Below are positions 1 through 5,670 of a stretch of 5,670 nt of DNA, one piece after another (the first letter of the stretch is position 1; each line of letters starts with the position of its first letter). The notes below the pieces were generated by a model that saw nothing but the letters and a program-made list of their open reading frames with translations, made no database searches and had not been told where the DNA came from. A program made the translations under genes and the position numbers. This DNA is from Candidatus Lloydbacteria bacterium RIFCSPHIGHO2_02_FULL_50_18 (GTDB lineage: Bacteria; Patescibacteriota; Minisyncoccia; Phycocordibacterales; UBA6899), in NCBI GenBank assembly GCA_001821395.1, contig MHLM01000009.1, forward strand, positions 1-5,670, read 5' to 3'.

Positions 1-2
1 TT

Positions 3-785
3 ACGCTTTCACGCATCCCCGGTGTCGGTGCAAAGGCAATAGCGACATCGTCGGTGACGGTAGGTATCGCCCTCGATGATTTCAGTGGAGTTGAAGGAGA
101 GATGGATACAATGGCCACGGGTATGGTACTTACCTTCGTCAATCTCAAGTATCAGGATTTGAGTGCGCATATCGTGGGTTCAACCATCGACCTTACGGGG
201 GGCGCATCAGGGGAGGTTGTTTCACTCTTCGATCTTGACCCCGAGAACTTCGATGTCCGTTATCTGGCAAATCGTCCAATGAATTTTGGAGGACAGTCGC
301 TCATAAATGTGAAAGCAATGATGTCGTCCTTGGGGAAGTGGTCACTTGACGAGAACGGCGCGTTGGTCGTTGAGAGTGTTTCGGCGAAAACGATCACGGC
401 GACTGAGAAGTTTCAAGTGGGAACGCCCACCAATCGTATCGGTGTTACTCTCTACGATGAGACTGACGGAAATCCTTATTGTGTGAAAGTGCTTGCCGGC
501 GTTCTCACGAGTATTTTTGGTGAGTGCGGTGCCGTGAATGCGGGTACTCCGTCAGGTAGTTCGAACGAGGGGAGTGCTCCCACCGTATCAGATACCATAG
601 ATTTCCCTCCGGATGATACCTCAACGGAGACTACAACGGTTGCCGATACCACGAATGATACGCCGATCATTCCGTTAACTGACTCGGTATTGTCCAAAAA
701 AATAACGACTGACCAATTGTCCGCTGAACCAATCATAACCCAGGATACTGTCGTCCCCCCTGACTCCACACTTCTAATTCAGTAG
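3..785 (+). CDS. Hypothetical protein, 5'-partial (frame open to window start; first in-window start codon is GTG at 54). Two Cys 16 residues apart (PYC...GEC) followed by a Thr/Asp/Pro/Ser-rich low-complexity C-terminal tail; possible secreted/surface or pilin-like protein.
   Basis: 243-codon open frame with no stop back to position 3; codon usage resembles secD/secF (ctc/atc/gtc/ttc-rich); stop TAG at 783-785; no family recognised by eye; antisense ORF 476..769 overlaps the low-complexity tail and is probably artefactual. Confidence 0.5.
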   Translation, partial: TLSRIPGVGAKAIATSSVTVGIALDDFSGVEGEMDTMATGMVLTFVNLKYQDLSAHIVGSTIDLTGGASGEVVSLFDLDPENFDVRYLANRPMNFGGQSLINVKAMMSSLGKWSLDENGALVVESVSAKTITATEKFQVGTPTNRIGVTLYDETDGNPYCVKVLAGVLTSIFGECGAVNAGTPSGSSNEGSAPTVSDTIDFPPDDTSTETTTVADTTNDTPIIPLTDSVLSKKITTDQLSAEPIITQDTVVPPDSTLLIQ

Positions 786-831
786 CGCAAGATTTCCCAC
801 GTGGTTCCGAACAGTGGTTGGTTTGGTATTG

Positions 832-876
832 TTCACTCTTCAAATTTCACTCTTGCCATCTTTTTATGAAGAGTGA
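832..876. promoter_or_regulatory. Direct repeat ttcactctt (832-840 and 846-854, 14-bp period) plus an inverted copy aagagtga (869-876) that can pair with either direct copy (8-bp stem, 14-nt T-rich loop); candidate operator or RNA hairpin in the ORF1-secD spacer.
   Basis: Exact 9-nt direct repeat and 8/9 inverted copy read directly from the sequence. Confidence 0.25.
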
Positions 877-930
877 TAGGGAAATGAAAGTCTTAGTCCC
901 TTGACCTTTTTAGTTGAATAATGTCGCGGC

Positions 931-955
931 AAAGCTCATGCCCCCATGAGCTTTA
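931..955 (+). terminator. Perfect 10-bp hairpin aaagctcatg / cccc / catgagcttt followed by an A/T-rich run; possible weak intrinsic terminator for the upstream ORF, or an attenuator.
   Basis: Perfect inverted repeat 931-940 / 945-954 with a 4-nt loop. The stem is only 40% GC and the U-tract is interrupted (cttt-ac-ttatatat), so terminator function is uncertain. Confidence 0.3.
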
Positions 956-1153
956 CTTATATATAGAGTACCCCTATTCGCCATACGAGTGAGTGAGATG
1001 AGTGCGTCTGCACCCTCGTCTCCGAGCGAGCGACCTAATTTGGTTTATAAAATGGAAGTACTCCTGTGGTGTGGCGCAAAAAAGCACCATTTAACGGCGG
1101 TCACATGGTGACGAATGAACATTGCGCTCATTGCGCGTTCGTGTTGAGCGCGC

Positions 1154-1182
1154 TTGCTCTTCGGTTTGATTGTGCTTATAAT
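1154..1182 (+). promoter_or_regulatory. Putative sigma70-type secD promoter: -35 TTGCTC (1154-1159), 17-bp spacer, -10 TATAAT (1177-1182). The predicted transcription start at ~1189 is only ~3 nt upstream of the ATG at 1192.
   Basis: Perfect -10 hexamer at optimal spacing from a 4/6 -35 match; sits immediately upstream of the conserved SecD N-terminus. Confidence 0.4.
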
Positions 1183-1191
1183 CCCCATATT

Positions 1192-2598
1192 ATGTGGAGA
1201 AAACGATTCATCGCCCTCATGCTGCTCTTGGCAGGTTTCGGCGTCGGCTATTTTATTTATATTGGTCAATATCAGCCCGATAATGCATTCGCAAAGTTCC
1301 CGTTCAAGTACGGACTCGACATCCAGGGGGGTACGCAACTTGTCTATCAAGCGGACACCTCGAAGGTCGCCGTGGAGGAAGTGCGACAGACAATGGATGC
1401 GCTCCGTGACGTCATCGAACGCCGAGTCAATCTCTTTGGCGTATCCGAGCCGGTCATCCAGACCGAGGTTGCAAATTCGCTTTCGGGTACACCTGCGCAG
1501 CGTCTCATCGTTGAGCTTCCGGGCGTGACCGACATCAAGAAAGCGGTCGAACTTATCGGGCAGACTCCTTTGCTTGAATTCAAGGTCGAGCGTCCCGATG
1601 GTGAGGAAAAGACAGCAATTCAGGCAGCATACACAAAAGCACAGGAGTTGCTGAAATCCCCCGAGCTTACCGAGGAGCTAAAGCAGTCCATCATTGCAAG
1701 CGACCCATTGCTTCAGCAGGATCCCAACTACGTGAATACATTGCTGAACGGTTCGAAGCTTCAAAAAGCGTCGCTCATTTTTGATTCTCGCACGAATGAA
1801 CCGAAGGTCCTTTTGACCTTCACCGAAGAGGGAAGACAAATGTTCGCGCAACTCACAAAAGAGAATGTCGGAAAAACGGTCGCTATCTATCTTGATGGCG
1901 CGCCTATCTCCACTCCGGTCGTTCGCGAGGCTATCCTCGACGGCAACGCCGAGATATCGGGCAACTTCAAGATCACCGATGCTCGTGAGCTTGTTGGGCG
2001 ACTCAATTCCGGTGCTCTCCCTGTGCCCATTAGTCTGCTCTCCACACAGACCGTTGGCGCGACTCTCGGTGCGAGCGCGCTCCATTCCGGCGTGAAAGCG
2101 GGACTCTTCGGCATCATCATCGTCGCGATCTTTCTTTTGTTCTGGTACCGTGTTCCGGGACTGGTCGCAACAGTTGCACTCTCGATCTATATCGCGATCA
2201 TGCTCATGATATTCAAGCTCATTCCCGTTACACTCACTGCCGCGGGTATCGCAGGATTCATTCTTTCCATCGGCATGGCGGTGGATGCGAACATCCTCAT
2301 CTTTGAGCGCATGAAAGAAGAGCTCAAGAAGGGGAAAGACATCAGCGATGCGATGCACGACGGATTTGCCCGCGCGTGGCTTTCGATCCGTGACTCGAAC
2401 ATTTCCTCGATGATCTCTGCGATCATTCTCTTCTGGTTCGGAACGTCTCTGGTCAAGGGATTCGCACTGACGCTGGGTATTGGAGTCGTCGTCTCACTCT
2501 TCTCTGCGATCACGGTGACGCGCACCTTCCTGCTCGCTCTTGGAACGCGTGGTAACGGAAAGGTCGTGAAGTTCTTATTCGGCAATGGCCTTAAGTAA
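1192..2598 (+). CDS. secD: Protein-export membrane protein SecD, 468 aa from ATG 1192. The open frame extends upstream to ATG 1066 (510 aa), but that 42-aa extension is Cys/His-rich and unlike SecD.
   Basis: N-terminus MWRKRFIALMLLLAGFGVGYFIY (positive residues then a TM helix), followed by GLDIQGGTQLVYQAD, LPGVTDIKKAVELIGQTPLLEFK and the C-terminal TM bundle GIAGFILSIGMAVDANILIFERMKEELKKGK...AIILFWFG, all characteristic SecD motifs. Stop TAA 2596-2598. Confidence 0.9.
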   Translation: MWRKRFIALMLLLAGFGVGYFIYIGQYQPDNAFAKFPFKYGLDIQGGTQLVYQADTSKVAVEEVRQTMDALRDVIERRVNLFGVSEPVIQTEVANSLSGTPAQRLIVELPGVTDIKKAVELIGQTPLLEFKVERPDGEEKTAIQAAYTKAQELLKSPELTEELKQSIIASDPLLQQDPNYVNTLLNGSKLQKASLIFDSRTNEPKVLLTFTEEGRQMFAQLTKENVGKTVAIYLDGAPISTPVVREAILDGNAEISGNFKITDARELVGRLNSGALPVPISLLSTQTVGATLGASALHSGVKAGLFGIIIVAIFLLFWYRVPGLVATVALSIYIAIMLMIFKLIPVTLTAAGIAGFILSIGMAVDANILIFERMKEELKKGKDISDAMHDGFARAWLSIRDSNISSMISAIILFWFGTSLVKGFALTLGIGVVVSLFSAITVTRTFLLALGTRGNGKVVKFLFGNGLK

Positions 2599-2604
2599 AA
2601 ACAT

Positions 2605-3528
2605 ATGTTTATCATTAAACACAAGTATTTCTTTTTCTCTCTCTCGATCTTGCTCGTGCTTTCGTCGCTTTTCTCCATCGCGTTCTTCCATCCTTGGAAT
2701 TTCGGGATCGAGTTCACGGGAGGGTCGTTGCTTGAAGTCGGATACCCCAACGGCAGACCGGATGCAGGGGCATTGAAAGAGAAGCTCGCAACGCTTAATT
2801 GGGTCGGCACGCAAGTGCAGGAAACTGGAGCAGATGGTTTCCTGGTGCGCACAAAAGATCTGAGTGAGCCGGAGCGTCAACAGTTGATGTCTGTCGTTTC
2901 GGATAATGGCGGAACAACGATCGAAGAACGTCGCTTCAACTCGATCGGTCCGACGGTCGGAAATGAGTTGCGTACTAAGGCCGGCTGGGCGATCCTTTGC
3001 GTCATTCTCGCTATCGTTCTGTACATCGCATTCGCATTTCGCGGCGTATCCCACCCTATCTCATCATGGACATACGGAATTGTCGCTATCGTTGCGCTCG
3101 TGCACGACGTACTGATCCCGACGGGTATTTACGTTGCACTTGGCCACTATTACATCGATGTGCAGATTGATGTGCTGTTCGTCACCGCGATCTTGACCAT
3201 TCTCGGCTTCTCCGTGCATGACACGATCGTTGTGTTCGACCGCACGCGTGAGAATCTTAAGCTGCGCACATGGAAGGAATTCAGCGTAACCGTTGGTCAT
3301 TCGATCGAGCAGACGTTCGCCCGCTCTATCAATACGTCGATGACGGTGCTCCTCGTTATTCTTGCTCTCTATTTCGTTGGGGGAGAGACAACGAAGAATT
3401 TTGCACTGATCCTTGCTATCGGCGTCATTGCCGGTACCTATTCATCGATCTTCGTCGCTTCACCGCTTCTAGTTGCCGTCGAAGAATGGCAGCGTAAAAA
3501 GGAGGCAAAACATTCGAAGAAAAAGTAG
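2605..3528 (+). CDS. secF: Protein-export membrane protein SecF (307 aa)
   Basis: Starts 6 nt after the secD stop. Motifs GIEFTGGSLLEVGY, FSVHDTIVVFDRTRENLKL and LYFVGGETTKNFALILAIGVIAGTYSSIFVASPLL are typical of SecF. Stop TAG 3526-3528. Confidence 0.9.
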   Translation: MFIIKHKYFFFSLSILLVLSSLFSIAFFHPWNFGIEFTGGSLLEVGYPNGRPDAGALKEKLATLNWVGTQVQETGADGFLVRTKDLSEPERQQLMSVVSDNGGTTIEERRFNSIGPTVGNELRTKAGWAILCVILAIVLYIAFAFRGVSHPISSWTYGIVAIVALVHDVLIPTGIYVALGHYYIDVQIDVLFVTAILTILGFSVHDTIVVFDRTRENLKLRTWKEFSVTVGHSIEQTFARSINTSMTVLLVILALYFVGGETTKNFALILAIGVIAGTYSSIFVASPLLVAVEEWQRKKEAKHSKKK

Positions 3529-3542
3529 TTGTTTTATCTAAC

Positions 3543-3569
3543 AAAAACGCCCCTGTGGGCGTTTTTGTT
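3543..3569 (+). terminator. Rho-independent, potentially bidirectional terminator after secF: aaaaacgccc / ctgt / gggcgttttt, then gtt.
   Basis: 10-bp stem with a GC core (acgccc/gggcgt), 4-nt loop, flanking A-tract and T-tract; lies 15 nt after the secF stop. Confidence 0.7.
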
Positions 3570-3582
3570 CATGCGAAAGAAT

Positions 3583-3611
3583 TTGACTTTTCGTTATATT
3601 AAGAGTATAAT
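3583..3611 (+). promoter_or_regulatory. Near-consensus sigma70 promoter: -35 TTGACT (3583-3588), 17-bp spacer, -10 TATAAT (3606-3611). Predicted transcription start ~3618.
   Basis: 5/6 match at -35, 6/6 at -10, optimal spacing; sits directly after the secF terminator and 29 nt before the ATG at 3640. Confidence 0.6.
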
Positions 3612-3639
3612 AGAGTAGTAATAGATTAAACAAAAAATC

Positions 3640-3858
3640 ATGTCTATGGAATCACCAACTGCAGAATTTCAGTTTCCCGAGAGTAGTGTAAATATCTCAT
3701 CGGCGGTGGAAGTGCTGAAGAGGGCTGAGCAGGGTGAGGCGACGCGTGAGGAGATAAATGAGACCATTGGGACCCTCCGCGATCTCCAGAATCAGGGTAT
3801 CACCGAGCAGGCTCTCCAGATCGCCATCACTCGACTCATTGCTGCGCGCGGAGAATAA
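3640..3858 (+). CDS. Orphan small ORF, 72 aa, acidic, predicted helical (MSMESPTAEF...ITRLIAARGE). Function unknown; could alternatively be a non-coding RNA.
   Basis: ATG..TAA open frame bracketed exactly by a consensus promoter and a strong terminator. No Shine-Dalgarno (aaacaaaaaatcATG). Codon usage in the 3' half resembles secDF. No recognisable family. Confidence 0.4.
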   Translation: MSMESPTAEFQFPESSVNISSAVEVLKRAEQGEATREEINETIGTLRDLQNQGITEQALQIAITRLIAARGE

Positions 3859-3890
3859 ACGTTTTTTTAATATTATCCTCTCAAGAATGA

Positions 3891-3927
3891 AACAACCCCC
3901 CGAGCATTGCTCCGGGGTTGTTTATTT
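3891..3927 (+). terminator. Strong intrinsic terminator: aacaaccccccgagc / att / gctccggggttgtt, followed by tattta.
   Basis: About 14-bp GC-rich stem with a small internal loop and a T-rich 3' tail; lies 33 nt after the small-ORF stop. Confidence 0.7.
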
Positions 3928-4008
3928 ATCGATATTCTCGTTCCAATTTCTAGAATAAAGCTCTTTCGTCCACAGTTTATACACATAAGTGGGAATATCC
4001 ATAGCTAT

Positions 4009-4028
4009 CCACATATCTCGCTATGTGG
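4009..4028. promoter_or_regulatory. Perfect 7-bp palindrome ccacata-N6-tatgtgg centred ~30 bp upstream of the rrn -35; candidate regulator site.
   Basis: Inverted repeat read directly from the sequence; a direct repeat tatcca (3996-4001 and 4006-4011) lies adjacent. Confidence 0.2.
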
Positions 4029-4047
4029 TTGAGCCACCAATTTCCCC

Positions 4048-4075
4048 TTGACCGAAGAAAGTCGGCATGTATAAT
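4048..4075 (+). promoter_or_regulatory. rRNA operon promoter: -35 TTGACC (4048-4053), 16-bp spacer, -10 TATAAT (4070-4075), then a GC-rich discriminator GGCCAG typical of stringently controlled rrn promoters.
   Basis: Near-consensus hexamers ~270 nt upstream of the 16S 5' end; the discriminator resembles E. coli rrnB P1 TATAATGCGCC. Confidence 0.6.
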
Positions 4076-4135
4076 GGCCAGTACGTTCCTTAGATGAGCT
4101 GAAATATCAAGAATATCAAGGTGATTCACGGGGGG

Positions 4136-4170
4136 AACGGTACGGTCTTTGAGAAGCCGTTTTTAATTTG
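4136..4170 (+). promoter_or_regulatory. rrn leader element: boxA-like GGTCTTTGAGAA (4144-4155) embedded in a hairpin (aacgg...ccgtt) followed by TTTTTAATTT; putative antitermination (Nus) site within a terminator-like structure.
   Basis: Resembles the E. coli boxA GCTCTTTAACAA (8/12 positions); the hairpin is followed by a T-tract in the 16S leader. Confidence 0.3.
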
Positions 4171-4341
4171 GTCTGACGCCTAGAAGGGCCTCAGATGAAA
4201 TTTAAAACTATATAGTGTGTTACATACTTGTGTAAATTTTAAGACAAGACGAAATTTATACGAGTGAAATAATCAAGTTATGCAAGTTTTCAGAAATGAA
4301 ACAGCGAAAGATACAGTGTTTTCTTTTGTCTCGTTTCACTT

Positions 4342-5670
<1,329 letters not shown>

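Noticed and set aside
476-769. Minus-strand ORF of 97 aa
   Set aside because: It is antisense to the low-complexity tail of ORF1; its Val/Ser/Gly-rich composition mirrors the complement of Thr/Asp codons, so it is most likely an artefact.
901-922. TTGACC at 901-906 as a possible -35 hexamer
   Set aside because: No acceptable -10 hexamer lies at 15-19-bp spacing; the nearby aataat/gaataa candidates are only 4-10 bp away.
1045-1350. Minus-strand ORF of 101 aa overlapping the secD start, and + strand ORF 1154..1528 in an alternative frame
   Set aside because: Both overlap the conserved SecD N-terminal region, show no family resemblance and have no promoter or terminator context; they are treated as spurious.
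1678-3054. Minus-strand ORFs 1678..2358 (226 aa), 1887..2120, 2187..2852 (221 aa) and 2575..3054 (159 aa)
   Set aside because: They lie entirely antisense to secD/secF, whose + strand frames carry unmistakable SecD/SecF motifs. Their products are Arg/Ser-rich low-complexity sequences typical of antisense translation of a GC-balanced gene.
3758-3958. + strand ORF of 66 aa overlapping the 3' half of the small ORF and its terminator
   Set aside because: It runs through the terminator hairpin and T-tract and is Arg/Ser-rich; the 3640..3858 frame with its promoter and terminator context is the more plausible of the two.
832-4120. Short direct repeats (ttcactctt x2, cattgcgc x2, aatatcaag x2, tatcca x2) as a possible CRISPR array or mobile-element ends
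   Set aside because: The repeats are 6-9 nt with spacers of 1-5 nt and scattered across loci. They are far too short and irregular for CRISPR and show no flanking transposase or target-site-duplication pattern.

Overview
The + strand carries, in order: (1) a 5'-truncated ORF (3..785) for a family-less protein with a Cys pair and a Thr/Asp/Pro-rich low-complexity C-terminal tail; (2) a 406-bp non-coding spacer containing repeat/hairpin motifs; (3) a secD-secF protein-export operon (1192..2598 and 2605..3528, only 6 nt apart) with a sigma70-like promoter so close to the secD start that the mRNA looks essentially leaderless; (4) a compact orphan transcription unit made of a near-consensus promoter (TTGACT-17-TATAAT), a 72-aa acidic ORF with no Shine-Dalgarno, and a strong hairpin terminator (3583..3927); (5) an rRNA-operon promoter (TTGACC-16-TATAAT with a GC-rich discriminator), a ~265-nt leader with a boxA-like element, and the first ~1.3 kb of a 16S rRNA gene (4342..5670, running off the window). 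The 16S carries several lineage-unusual signatures: a 515F-site variant CAGCAGCGG with a compensatory U505-A526 change, an EUB338-II-type 338 region with compensated h14 changes, a variant 806R site, a ~46-nt expansion of helix 40 and an extended V1 hairpin. These suggest a deep-branching, primer-evading lineage (CPR/Patescibacteria-like), though this cannot be confirmed without a database search. No CRISPR, mobile element, tRNA or intron is visible. All minus-strand ORFs in the track are antisense to secD, secF or the 16S and are judged spurious.
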